Shown here: positions 37,601 to 49,028 of the stretch, one piece after another
How positions within the stretch are numbered: position 1 is the first letter of the stretch
Layout: the number at the start of each line of letters is the position of its first letter
Assembly: GCA_013265495.1 (NCBI GenBank)
Contig: MU058636.1
Location: forward strand, 1,240,001-1,304,000
DNA: 64,000 bases
From: Vicugna vicugna
Lineage: Eukaryota
Direction of reading: 5' to 3'
The notes under the pieces: model-generated
What the model was told of the DNA's origin: nothing
The model's input: the letters and a program-made list of their open reading frames with translations, nothing else
The model's database searches: none
Translations under genes and position numbers: made by a program

Positions 37601-39362
37601 CACTGTAAAGATACCCCAGTTTTGATAGGCAAACATGTGAAACCACAGGAATTTAACTATACAGAACTTTCAGAACACAGTAACATCATCTCTGTGTTCA
37701 GCAAGAGAGTCTACCTAAATTAAAAAATCATTGCTCACTTAAAGACAATGTTATGGACAGCATGTACCTGCCCTTCCCCAAATTATTATGTTGAAATCGT
37801 GGTCTGATGCTATTTGGAGGTGGGGCCTTTGGGAGGTCATTTAGGTCTTGAGCGCTGAGCACAGCGCCCTTGAGGAGAGACCGACAGAGCATGCTTCTCT
37901 TTCTCCCAGAGCAAGAAGGCGGCTGTCTGCAAACAGGAGGAGAGCCCTCACCAGGCAGTCAATCTGCCGGCACCTTAACCTTGGACTTCCCAGCCTCCAG
38001 ACTGTGAGAAATAAATGTTTATTGTTTAAGCCAAGCAGTCTATGGTATTTTTGGTACAGCAGTCCAAACTAAAACAGAACACATGCAATATATTATTAAA
38101 CAATAAGGTCAAGAAAAATGTACCATTACATGAAAAAGAAGATAATGTGCATTCTGGGTAAGCTTCATGTTTCTGAGGCTGATAGTTTCTAAAATACTAA
38201 CAAAATCACCAAGAAAGGATGGCATGTTCAATTATCACATACAGTTGACCCTTGAACAATGCAGGGGTTAGAAGACCCTCCGCAGAGTCAAAAATCCGTG
38301 TATAACTTACAGTTGGCCCCCTGTATACATGGGCCCCCCGTGTCTGGTCCCTCATCTGCAGATTCGAGCAACAGCAGACAACGCAATGCTGCAGTATTTA
38401 CTACTGAAAAAGTCCTCACATATGTGGACCCGTGCAATTCAAACCCACACTGTTCAAGGGTCAACTAACTGTATATGAATTTTCTACCAGGACGAAATAT
38501 TTTAAGTTTCACACCAACATAGACAAAAAGACTCTCCAAGAAGACTTGAATCACTGCATCCACATTCTAACAGAGCTGTATTTGGCTTTCTTAAAAACAG
38601 AAGATACTGTACAGATCTAAAATTTAAGAAAGTATGTTTAGCTTTAGTCAGGAAAACATAAAAGATGTGTCTTTGTGAGCAATGAACCAACTGCTCTATA
38701 TGTGTATATAGAGAAAATAAATAAAATCTTATTGTGGGTATCAGATTCAAGAATGATAACCTACAGCCATATCATTTCAGCATCTTCTAATGTTTTAGGA
38801 AACTACATACGACCCATGTTTATCTCAGCTCACATGATGATAAGCAGTGCCAGCTGAGTTAAGGGCAGGGCTCCCTGCTGGTGTATTTAATAACCACTCA
38901 TGTTTCTTAAATCCAGCCTGAACTTCCCATGGCAGCACAGCACGCCGGGCAGAACGCTGATCCAGACGGCAGGGAGCAGTGCAGGGCCTGACAGGACACC
39001 TGGACAGAGCTGAGTGCCAGTGATACCATGGAAAGTGAGGAAGTGATGTCTACTTTATGGCTTGCTGTGCAAATTAAATGAAAAATATTTTAATAGAGAA
39101 AAGGGAAGTGGGATGTAATCAGTAACTGTTTTTAAAAGGGAGGCGGGGGCAGAGTGAAACTGCCCGCCCCGAGCCAGAAAGTTTAATGAACTGAGTTGGC
39201 ACTTTCCGTCCCTGGGGTGTGACTCCTGGCAAGTCTTTTTGCCTCTCTTTTTTCACAGCTAACATGAGGGAAGTAACATGCTGTCTACATTGGGTTATTT
39301 TAAGGATCAAACAAGTTAATATACATGAAAGCATTAGAAAAACAACAAACGAACAATAACTG

Positions 39363-39400
<38 letters not shown>

Positions 39401-42400
39401 TTCTTGATAGAAAAGCCAAGCAGGCAAAAGAGAAATTACGATTTCTCATTTCCTGGTGCACAGAATTTGATCTCTGTGTAACAAACTTCAAACAGTAACC
39501 ACTCCTCACAGCCATCAGTGCAAGGCCGTCTCCTCACTCAACTGGAACTCCCTTAAAGACAGGAGGACCACCTTTGGTTTGTCAGCGGCCGACGCACCAC
39601 CAGGCGTAAGGACGCCGGGCGACGCTGGCTGCGCTGCAGAACGCTGCACCTGGCCTTCCTGCCACGCAAGCAATACATTAGGAAGCAGAAGAATTACCAT
39701 TTTCTTTCCGTAATCTTGTTATGAACTTCTTAGGAGGTATGACCCCCACCTTCTTCTTCTGAGTGGCTATGCTGTGGAAGAGGTCCGCCAAGCACGTGAG
39801 GAGGCTCTCCTTCTTCCTGGGCTGGCTCTTGTACGCTAGGACTTTCTCCCGAAATGGACGACAGAAGTACAGTGCCTGAAGAACCGAATTGCAGTAGCAG
39901 GTATTTCCAAACTGGAAGAGAAAAAACATGTTCTGTTAAATCTGGGGTAACGCGCTTTCAAGAGAAAGAATTTCCACGTATACAGTGGAGAGAAGAGGAA
40001 GACAGGGCATTTATGATCCTCATAAACCGAAAGCTATCAGAGAGCAGAAACAATTATCCCAACTACAAATTAGCTGTTTTAACACTTAATGGATGCTCTT
40101 GGCATCAGTTTCAGGTTAAAACTGAAGGCGAATAGTATGCAATAAATTTGGCCTTTACGAAAACTGACTTAAAGAACAACACAGTTTAAATAGTGAGATG
40201 AGTTAAGGTTTAGGATTCTGGAGAATTTTTTCTCTTTTCTTTTTCAATTCCCACTGTTATGACAGTATTTGTTACATACAAAGCATTTTATATATTGTAT
40301 ATTTAAAAATACAACTCTCAAAAATTCTTTTAAAAATACAGAAGTGAGGTTTACTATCAGGTTCTTCAATGCCATCCAAAAAAAACCACAAACAAAAACC
40401 AAGAGCCTCTGAAATGTTAGCTGAAAAGTCACCAACGTGACAGCCTAACAACCACTGAAATATTAAGTGACTTTATTCTCATACGTTAGAGCGACATGGA
40501 CTCAGCTCCAGGGCTGAGTCCTGAACTGCCTCTACCTCCCACTGGCCATGGGACCTGGAGTAGGAACCACAACTCACTGAACTTGAGTTTCCTTCTCTTC
40601 AATAAGGGGGGAAACTATCCTCCTTTACAGAGAAAATAACACATAATTTGATAAGTATTTTTTGCCTTCCTTTTCCTTCCCATGAATAGACACCGACTCC
40701 CAAAGCTGGCTAATAAGACGCCTAACAGTCCATCAGTGAGGATTCGGGGACTACCTGGAAACTGTGAGAGAGGAATAAGGGGCGTCCTCAGAGCACCACC
40801 ATGGGTGAGTCACATACACGTTACCTGCAAAAGGCTCAGCAGAGAGGAGCGTGTGAGAACGGGCATTCTTACATTATGTGCACAGACCCACACACTCTCG
40901 CTTATATTTAAAACTAGGAAGGATACTGACTAAACTTCCATAAAAATGAAATAAATAAATACCAGGGAGGGTAAATTAAAAGCTAGTAAAAATGGTTATC
41001 TATAGAGAAAGAGGGAAAAGAGTGAGATTGCTCTGCATGTATACTGTTACAAAAAGTGTACTTTGTACCTAAATTTTTAAAAACTAAATTAAATCAAAAA
41101 AGAGAGGGAAAAAAAAACTCCTAAAATTGAAAACAAATAGATATAAATCAAACTTAAATGTATATCAAGTTGGTGGTAAAACTACATAAAGAAAAGGGTT
41201 ACTTCAAATGACTTTAAAACACACACCTTTTACTACACCTGCTACCGAAATACAGTCTAAGAATAAAAAGAACAAAGAAATCTTAAGCTAGCACTCAGGA
41301 GTCACGCCGTTAGGATTAACCTATTCGTATTGCTATTTTGAAACCACTATAGATCCCCTGCAGGACAAAGCAAGGGAAGAATTAGGTTAACAGCCTTAGG
41401 GATCAAAATTTTTAATGTAAAGAAAAAAGACACAACAGTAAAAATCAGAGAGGTAAAAGCCCTTTAAGTTATATTGGAATTAGCAATATCTAGTGCCTTT
41501 TTGTAAATGTTAAAGTGTATGAGTGTGTGAGTGTGTATGCAAGTGTGTGCGCGGTGTGCGTGTTCTCAAGTTCTGTCCACTGAAAAGGCCTCCCCGGTAG
41601 TCAGTCTCCCCGCACCTACACTGTGGCCTCTAAAAACCCTTTTCCCACAAAAAGAACCAGGATGTGGCTACACAAGATATGGGACAGGAAATGTGTAAAG
41701 TACAAGATGAGCCTGGAGTACACTTTTGTGTGGATTCAAGAGCCTATTTTCATCAAAAAGAATTAATGCAATGGATAAAAGGCACACCAACTACAATAAA
41801 AATCTATGTAGTTTACTCGTCTGCAATGGAAGTTGTAAACTAATATATAAAATAGGAAAGCATCAAAGTTTTACCCTGCCTTTCTTATAAAAACTGTATT
41901 TCAGGGGGCACTGAAGTTCTTGTTTAGAAAATAATTTCGGCTAATAAAATTCAGAGATTGTTGTAAATATGGATAAGGCAATAATTATCAGTGGATACTA
42001 AAACCATCAGGTTAAATGCTGGTGGGGAACTTCAAAGTGGAGGGCTCAGATCTGAACCCCCAATGCACTCCAGCATCATTACAAATGAGCACACTTTTAC
42101 GTCTCCTGATGTGATGTACCAAGAAACAGGCAGCAATTCCCACAGAGTATTCTTGTCTTAAAAAACAACAAAATCACTAAAGTTTAAACTAGAGCCTAGA
42201 TCGAACTACCAATTTACAAAATACCCAGGGAACAGAGACAGAGGAAGGAGTTAAATATCTCAAAAAAGGAATAGGACGTGACTCAGTGAAGATTTACAAC
42301 TTCTACATTCACACTGGCTGTCAGAGCCAAGAACTGATTTCTTAAGGACAGATGCTTGAGAAAGGCTTTCCAGAGAAATGCTAACATCAGTGCACGGCAA

Positions 42401-45400
42401 GGATGCACTGGTATTACTGATCACAAACACAGCCGTGGCTACACTTCAGTAAAGCCTATCCCGCGCAGAGGACACCTGCGGTAGAACCGACAGTGTTACC
42501 CAGATTAACTTACCAACTACTCAGTGCTGGTCAGTCTGGAGAATACGAGTCATTGTACCACAGACTAGTGACTCTAATGACCAACAAACTAAGCCTGTGT
42601 CAACTGAAGACAAGACAAATCCCCATCATCTGGACATCTGTACTGAAGAATAAACAACAGGGAGCTCTAACAACTTCCAGAGCTGGAAGATAAAAACGAA
42701 AGACAGCATCTCGCGGTATGTTAGAAAATTTATGGGGGAAGGGTAGGGCTCAGAGGCAGAGCACATGCCTAGCATGTACAGGGTCCTGGGTTCAATCCCC
42801 AGTACCTCCAATAAAAAATTTAAAAAATAAACTTAATTACCTCCCCCTACCATAAAAAAAAATTAAAAAGAAAACTTACGACAATGAAGCTTGACCTACT
42901 AATAAAAAAAGAAGCCACCAGCATAAGCTAAGGAGCTGGCATACTCGGTACGGAGTGCTCTAAGTCAGCCTCTCGCTTGCGTTCCCACTAAGAGCAACAG
43001 GTAACATCACATCCGAAGTCTACCACTATGGTCTTCTTTCACTCACCGTCATCAATCCCATGAAAGAAAAATTAAAGGTTGAAACTACTATTATTTCTCC
43101 AGAATAAGCTAACTTTCAATCTTATTCATAACTTCAAAGCTTTTCCTTCTATTTCCCTGATTTTTAATAGTAACTTTCATTCCAGTTCCTAAAACCTAAA
43201 AATACACCCTTCGAGTATACAGCTTTCATGCAAAAGATTCTCTGGAATGGTTTCCACCATGCTCTTGTTTCTGAATGCTCAATTTCTCAAAAAGACATCG
43301 CTTTCAGGTTGAAACCTACCCTATGTTTTTTCAGCTGGTTCTAAAGATCAAAGGCATGACCAGGTTTAAAATCAGGGGAAACAAATATTAAAAGCTGCCA
43401 CCCTCAAGGTCTGATAATTGACTTTTCAATTGTTTACTGAACACAGTGACCTATCCTTGCTTTCTCTAATGCTTTTGTCTCTAACTCTTAAAACAAACGA
43501 ACAAACAAAAACACTCTCCACAAAGACTTACATATCCCTATCAGTGAGATCACTCTGAGCACACACCCAATATACGCATTTGTTAAGAAATAATATACGT
43601 CCATTATGTACACTAAAAATGTAACAAATGTGATTAAGATGAATATTTTAAATTACATTAATTTTGTGTTTTCACTAAAAATTATTAATATTAAAGAGAG
43701 AGCAGCAGATACGCTTTTTTGTAAACTGCAAGTAATAGATTTTATTACAGTGATTTGATAGTCTATGGATAGAGTTCAGTTATTTGGATATATAGTTTTA
43801 CTGGCTATCAAAGTTTAAAAAGGCATTTTCACAAAGATACATACACAGGTCCAAGTGTTAGAGTCTCTCCTTGACAACCTTCATTCTCTAAATTATGGTA
43901 TTAAATATTCAATCCTATCTTCCAAATTTATTTGAATTCATTTAAGTAATTATCTGCCTTGATAGCAGCAAAAACCATAGCAACTAAGCACAAAGATCTG
44001 AAGCCAAATCATCTAGGTTCAAGTCTGGTCCTGCTACCTGAACCTGAAAATTACCAAGAAATTACCAAGCTGCTCTGTTCATCAGTTTCCTCATCTGCTA
44101 ATGGGACTTATAATAGCACCTGCCTCTAAAGTCATGTGGAGCATTAAATGAATAATCTGCAGGAAGAACCTAGCATGGTTCAGAGCACCTCATCGCTACA
44201 CAGCTATTTCTGAAACAACCTTTTTGAGCCATACACCCCTTTTGAAGAATCAGATTAGCTGAAATTAGATCACACAATCTGTAAATCCACATTTAAGTTA
44301 CAATAAATTGCAACAGCAGACATGCGTAGGGGTGACACCGTCATGCTGACACGTGGAAGCTGAGTCAACAGGACCACGCACACGGGGACAGGTGTGGGTG
44401 CCAGCGCCATCCACTTATTAATAATCAGTAAGCTCAATCTTTCATACTTAGGTAAAAACAAACATTAGGAATGCTAGCATTTTCTTCCCCAACGAATCAT
44501 CTTACATATTTCATCTGGAGACCTCTGGTTTTAACCACCATTATGTCAACAGTATTACCTTTAAAAAATATTTTAAAACGTTTAAATGCTCCACTGTCCC
44601 TGGTGGAGACAGTGCCCGCCCTGCGAACATCCCCGTCTAAGGGAAGGCCCTCTTCCCTGGCCACAGCTGCTGTCTGGGCGGCCTTGTTTCACATAACTCT
44701 GTACCCCACATGCCCTGCCCACCACCCCCACTGCAGCCAAATGGACCTAATTCTAGTGGACACCCGCTCCTCACCCCTACCCTCACCCCACCGTCCCCTG
44801 CTTCCGGACAGGAGTTGACTTCTCTACGCAAATTCTGCGAGGCTGACAGTCGCAGGCCCTCTGTAGACCCTGCAACAGGGCTGGGCACTTCATCCAACCT
44901 GGACAGAGGCCCTGGGCCAGAGTTCTTCTGTCAGATGTGATACGGATCTCTGGTAACTTCAGCCTCGCGTAGTCTGTGGCCGTCAGGTAGAGAGAAACTA
45001 AAGAAAAATGAAATCCATGCAAAAGAAAATGGAAGCAAGAGATTTCCCGACACACGGAAAAAAGTTTCATGTTTATTTCTCTCTCCTTGTAACAGCCCCC
45101 GTTCCCTGGTCCAGAGTGCCAGCTAATGACCACTGGCAATTCAGGTTAAAAAGCCATCTATACGAATGGTCTAGCCTCACAGAAAGACGTACTGAGCCCA
45201 ACTCGTGTTTGGGGGCCTGTGGTGGTAGAAAGTTACCGCAGAACTGCGTGATACACACAGGCTGCGCGGGGGGTAGGGAGGCAGCACTGCTGGTCCACGC
45301 CACCCTCCCCTGCCCACTTTGCAGAGGGAAGTGCTCACCATACAAGAGACAAGGGAAAGGGCGATCTGGCTTATCAGATGAAAACAATATGTTTTCAAAG

Positions 45401-48400
45401 AATTCAGCTGCCTATATAAACAGCTGACATGAAACTGGGATATATTGCAGCAAGAGAGCGCTTCTGAAGGCTCCTTTGCCCCAAGTTGGTCTCTGCACCC
45501 ACACGCCACACCAGCGTTTCTCCTCTCCAACTTCCAGTTACATCCAATTACACCACGGTATCCAGCAAAGCCAACCCCACAGGAAACCCCCCACCTACGG
45601 ATTACGCAAATTACGGTGCAAGACATCAGAGTCACCACTGAGTAAACCGCCGTAAAGCTGTCATTTGTGAAAATATTCTTCCAAGATAAAAATATCTACA
45701 ACTGAAAATCATGGAAAATAGTTGTTAATAAAAAAAAAAGTGAAGAGTAACCACTCTGTTGAATTTTCTGCTAGGTTAATTAAACTGTAGTTATTTCTCT
45801 TCTCTCCATTAAAAGAAAAAAAGTCTAAATTTCTAACTGCCCAAAATACATGTACTATTTCCTAAAAGCAAGTGCTACACTCACTGGTCGCAAAAAGGGA
45901 TCCAATCAGGCAGATCCAACAGGAACTCTGTTCAGCATCACCTTTTTGTAAGAGCAATTGAAGTGAACGTGGAAATGCACCCTTAGCTAAGAACAGACTG
46001 ATGAGAAGGAAGCAGGCATGCGCCTCATTTTGACAAAATCCCTTGTTAGGAAAGCTGGACCACCAAGCTCCTTAAAGCAGCTACACCCCACGCTGTCGAC
46101 AGCACTGCTTGGCAGGCAGGCTAGGACGGGAGGAAAGAGCTGAAACGTCCACCTCGGAACCAACTAAGCTACCCCTCCCCGACCCCTCAAAGCTCCAACC
46201 TTGATTTTTAGGGGACTCTTATAAACAGTGTGGTAACTCTACGAACAAAAAAGAGGGGAAAGAAAGGAGAGAGACTAGTGATGATAATTTAAGGACTGAA
46301 AAACAGGGCCTATGGAAAATGGCTTAAAGTACAGAACACAGCTGTGCTGTAGCCTGAGCGCACACAGCACAGGACAAGCTCACCCCTACGCCAGTTCTGC
46401 TCCGTATGAAACGCCAGGAAAAGAACAGATCAGGCAAAAACTCAAACGGCCAAAGACAACCACAGACTTGAGACACCCAAGAACCGCCAGGGAGCGAAGG
46501 CAGATGGAAGACAAGTGGCCCAAAAGCCTCTACGACACACATAGGAAAGGACAGACTCACCACTAAAGGTCAGGGACTTTGGGGGGGGGGGCATCTGAAA
46601 ACACAAGTCTGGGTATGCCTTTAAAAAGACCATTACTTCAACTGCACGCTTAGTCTCCACAGAAGATGGACAGGAGACTGGGAGTGAGAACCCTTGAGGA
46701 CAGCAGTGAGGCACCCACAGGAAACAGCCCCCTGCACAGACACTGGAGGGAGGGGCCCCCTCAGCAGAAAATAAACAGCCCCAGAGAAACGGCTCTGGCT
46801 GCTGAAGTGGGGAGGGGGCGTGCAAGGAGGGGCACTGGGCAGGGGTCACCCTTTTAGACCTTCACTGTCGGAGACAAGTAACATTTGAGGAAAGCTTCCA
46901 ATAGCAAAGATTGTAAAGTTCAAAACGGGGAAATAATAAACTCAAAGGTCTCAGAAATAATCCAGTAAGCATAAGAAAACCTCAGTCACAACAAAAACTA
47001 TAAATAGTATCCTGAGAAAAATAACAGAAAACGCTGCCTCCATGGAACAAGATAAAAAAAAAATAGAAGTACCATTTTAAGAAAGAAAAGGCGCAATGAG
47101 CTGGATAAAAAAGCTGAAGATACAGCCTAACACGCAGAATAAGGCAGATGATCAAAAGTGGGAGAAAAAATAAGAAAAATAACAAGGAAGTCTAAGTGTT
47201 CCAATATGCAATTAACTATAACAAAAAGAACAGGGAAACTACACTGACAGGAAGGAAATCATCCAAATAATAGTATCAGAAAAGTTCTAGAACTGAGGAA
47301 AATAAGTCACCGATCTGAATGGGTCCCTAAATGCCCAGCAGAACAACGTGGGGAGACCTAGGCACGTGATGAGATTTCAGAGCTTTGTGCATAGAGAGGC
47401 CTCTCAAAATTTTAAACGGGACAACAGCCACGTACAGAAGAGAGCAAGAATCAGAATGGCATCAGCCTTCTCCCGTCAACAGTCACGCCTTGGAAATTCT
47501 GGACGAGCTCTATAACCTAGGGTGAGTATCGAGCCCCAACAGTGACCAAACGGTCTTAAATATGCAAGACCTCAAAGATTATCTCCCATGCACACATACT
47601 CAACAAACTACAGAACACATTCCCAAACAAGGAGAAAACCGAGAAGGAAAATGGGATGCAGGAGAGGAGACAGGTGAGGGCACCGTGCACGGCGATGTGC
47701 AGGTGATGGAGAGAGAGGGCAGGGCACGGGTTGCTCTGGGGGGCGGGGGGCGGGGCGAGAGTACCTGACACCTGATGGCACAATTCAGTGGAAACTGATA
47801 CCGAGATGGTCTTTTTGGCATTTTTCAGTTTTGTTGAAGACTTTGGCAAGAATAAGTGAAAATTAAGGACATGCAGAAATAAAGCAACGATTAATTTCAT
47901 GTTGGAAGAACTGGGAAAGTGGGGCATGGATGATGGTGGCAGAGAGCTAAGTTTCCTATCTACCAAAATAGGAAGGTGATGGGGTTTTTGTTTTAATAGC
48001 AGCATAAGCACTTTGTTTAGACTGTACAGGTAAATTCCAGAAAAATTAGCCAGAGGATTAATGAGCGGCCTCCTCCAGGGAGGGGAGGAGGGGGGAGGGA
48101 GCTGCTGATCCCGTGGTACTGGCTTCAGCCCAGCGCACACAGAGAAGGGTCCCAGGGCAAGGGGAGGCATACAAGTGTCACTGTAACTGCCCTGCTCAAA
48201 TCATACAAGAAATCTGTCTGCACATCAGAGTTGCGTGCTAGTACTCAGTGACACACCAGTCTGCTCAGTGTAACACTTTCTTACCCGTATCATCAGCAGC
48301 ATATGTACTTCAAAACTCTCACCAGGGGTCCACCGAACAGTGCAGTCCAACAGCAGAAACTAGCATGACAATTATGTAACACAGATCTGCGGTGTTTTCT

Positions 48401-49028
48401 GATGACTCAGAAAAGAGTTAAACATTCTAAAGAAAGTTCTTCCAAGTTTTAATAACGTGTAATTACATAAATTACCCGAAGAAGGACAGGGTGAGGTTTT
48501 TTTCTTACATTTTACACTTTTACGTCTGTACTACCGGGACACTGCCAGAGGTAAACTGACAAACACTCTACGGACAAGTAGAGGCATTTACAAAACTATT
48601 CACACCAGGACATCTGGACCACTGATATTTAGACACGTAAGTAACTCTCAGAGAATCAAGAGCTCATTTGATCTAGGCCTTATGAAATTCTAGTTATGAG
48701 AAAATTTTGACACAAAATAGGGGAAATGAGGCTGACAAGTTAGAAACTGTTTCAAGGCTCTTCAGACTTCAGGCAACTTTGTTTCCCATCATTAGAGATA
48801 ATCTTGAACTTCCGAGTCGAGTTTCTTGGCGTTAAGTCTACTGATACAAATCAACAATTTTCCTTTAATAAATGATGGCCTGCATTCATCATTCTTCAAA
48901 CTACTTGTCAGCATACTTTTGAGGGCTAAGTGTCAATGGATACTCACATTGACTAATCCAAAATAGTGCTCGTTGACTGGAAACTGCTCTGGACCAATCT
49001 CTTTCTCTAATGCCGAGGCATTGGCGCC
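19561..49028 (-). CDS. USP12: USP12 deubiquitinase, spliced CDS exons 2-9 (exon 1 outside window)
   Basis: Joined exons (81+214+227+77+84+198+79+102 = 1062 nt) translate [44 protein letters not shown]...[55 protein letters not shown]. The USP Cys box (GNTCYCNS), His box (GHY...FDD) and two CxxC motifs (CLTC, CEEC) are intact. [13 protein letters not shown] and the YQSRD C-terminus match USP12 rather than its paralogue USP46 (from recall). Confidence 0.97.
20451..20807 (-). mobile_element. vic-1-type SINE spanning an assembly gap
   Basis: GGAGGTACTGGGGGTTGAACCCAGGACCTCATGCATG; 17-bp TSD AAAACGT(A/C)CTAC(A/G)TCTT at 20434-20450 and 20808-20824. Confidence 0.85.
20505..20676. other. Assembly gap (172 N)
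   Basis: Run of N. Confidence 1.
21199..21277 (-). CDS. USP12: USP12 coding exon 8 (79 nt, [26 protein letters not shown]; catalytic His and Asp)
   Basis: Acceptor TTTCAG|, donor |GTAAGT. Confidence 0.96.
23306..23503 (-). CDS. USP12: USP12 coding exon 7 (198 nt, [17 protein letters not shown]...[11 protein letters not shown](S))
   Basis: Acceptor AATAG|, donor |GTACGG; lies inside ORF 23041..23571. Confidence 0.95.
24390..26040 (+). mobile_element. Nested L1 fragments (ORF2 remnant interrupted by an L1MC-like 3' end and a SINE)
   Basis: ACAGCTAAAGCAATATTTAGAGGGAAATTTATAGC; TAGATAAAATGGACAAATTCCT; AAGGAATGAAATGTTGATACATG. Confidence 0.75.
25597..25742 (+). mobile_element. vic-1-type SINE
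   Basis: GGGGGAGGATACAGCTCAAGTGGCAGAGTGCGTGCTTAGCATGCATG...GGTTCAATCCCAG with an (ATAA)n tail. Confidence 0.8.
26560..26866 (+). mobile_element. Old LTR 3' half (MER21-like)
   Basis: CCCTGTAAGAAATCTTAGCCGTGAGCACGAC...GAGTCCTTCTAGTGTATCACCAAA...GGGGACCCAACACA. Confidence 0.55.
27774..27857 (-). CDS. USP12: USP12 coding exon 6 (84 nt, [27 protein letters not shown](R))
   Basis: Acceptor CACAG|, donor |GTAATG; separated from exon 5 by a 116-nt intron. Confidence 0.95.
27974..28050 (-). CDS. USP12: USP12 coding exon 5 (77 nt, [25 protein letters not shown](R))
   Basis: Acceptor TTTACAG|, donor |GTAAGC; reading frame continuous with neighbouring exons. Confidence 0.95.
29560..30865 (+). mobile_element. 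L1MC-like 3' end in intron 4
   Basis: GGAGTTGAAAACTTATGTCCACACAAAAACCTGCACAC; CCTAATGCAAACTATGGACTTTGG; GGGAACTCTCTGTACTTTCC; poly-A end. Confidence 0.85.
32093..32319 (-). CDS. USP12: USP12 coding exon 4 (227 nt, (E)[17 protein letters not shown]...RCLTCET)
   Basis: Acceptor TTTTAG|, donor |GTAAGT; contains the QQDAHEF USP motif; overlaps ORF 32078..32302. Confidence 0.96.
34357..34487. other. Assembly gap (131 N)
   Basis: Run of N. Confidence 1.
35565..35720 (-). mobile_element. L2 3' end
   Basis: TTCACTCACTCAATAAATATTTAAGTAAGCACCTACTATGTGCCAGGGACTG. Confidence 0.7.
37749..38076 (+). mobile_element. MaLR MLT1A-like solo LTR
   Basis: TGTTATGGAC...TATTTGGAGGTGGGGCCTTTGGGAGG...GGACTTCCCAGCCTCCAGACTGTGAGAAATAAATG...AAACA. 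Confidence 0.85.
38242..38471. mobile_element. Tigger2-family MITE (Tigger2a-like)
   Basis: Terminal inverted repeats CAGTTGACCCTTGAACA / TGTTCAAGGGTCAACT(AACT)G with TA target duplications (38240-38241, 38472-38473). Confidence 0.85.
39367..39398. repeat. (AC)n microsatellite, ~16 units
   Basis: Read directly. Confidence 0.9.
39698..39911 (-). CDS. USP12: USP12 coding exon 3 (214 nt, FGNTCYCNS...RLRKEN; catalytic Cys)
   Basis: Acceptor TTCCAG|, donor |GTAATT; lies inside ORF 39678..39929. Confidence 0.96.
42735..42868 (+). mobile_element. vic-1-type SINE
   Basis: GGCTCAGAGGCAGAGCACATGCCTAGCATG...GGTTCAATCCCCAGTACCTCC; TSD AGAAAA(T/C)TTA(T/C)G at 42723-42734 and 42869-42880. Confidence 0.85.
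43985..44190 (+). mobile_element. MIR
   Basis: TAGGTTCAAGTCTGG...CATCAGTTTCCTCATCTGCTAATGGGAC. Confidence 0.7.
48948..49028 (-). CDS. USP12: USP12 coding exon 2 (81 nt, [27 protein letters not shown])
   Basis: Acceptor ...TTTGTAG| (AG at 49030-49029) and donor |GTGAGTA (48947-48941); phase 0/0. Not in the ORF track because it is too short. Confidence 0.95.

Noticed and set aside
47556..48170. Longest ORF in the track (204 aa, minus strand)
   Set aside because: Intronic, no recognisable homology, and partly overlaps degraded L1-like sequence; consistent with chance.
19561..49028. Alternative assignment as USP46 or as a processed pseudogene
   Set aside because: Diagnostic residues match USP12, introns have canonical splice sites, and there are no frameshifts or premature stops.
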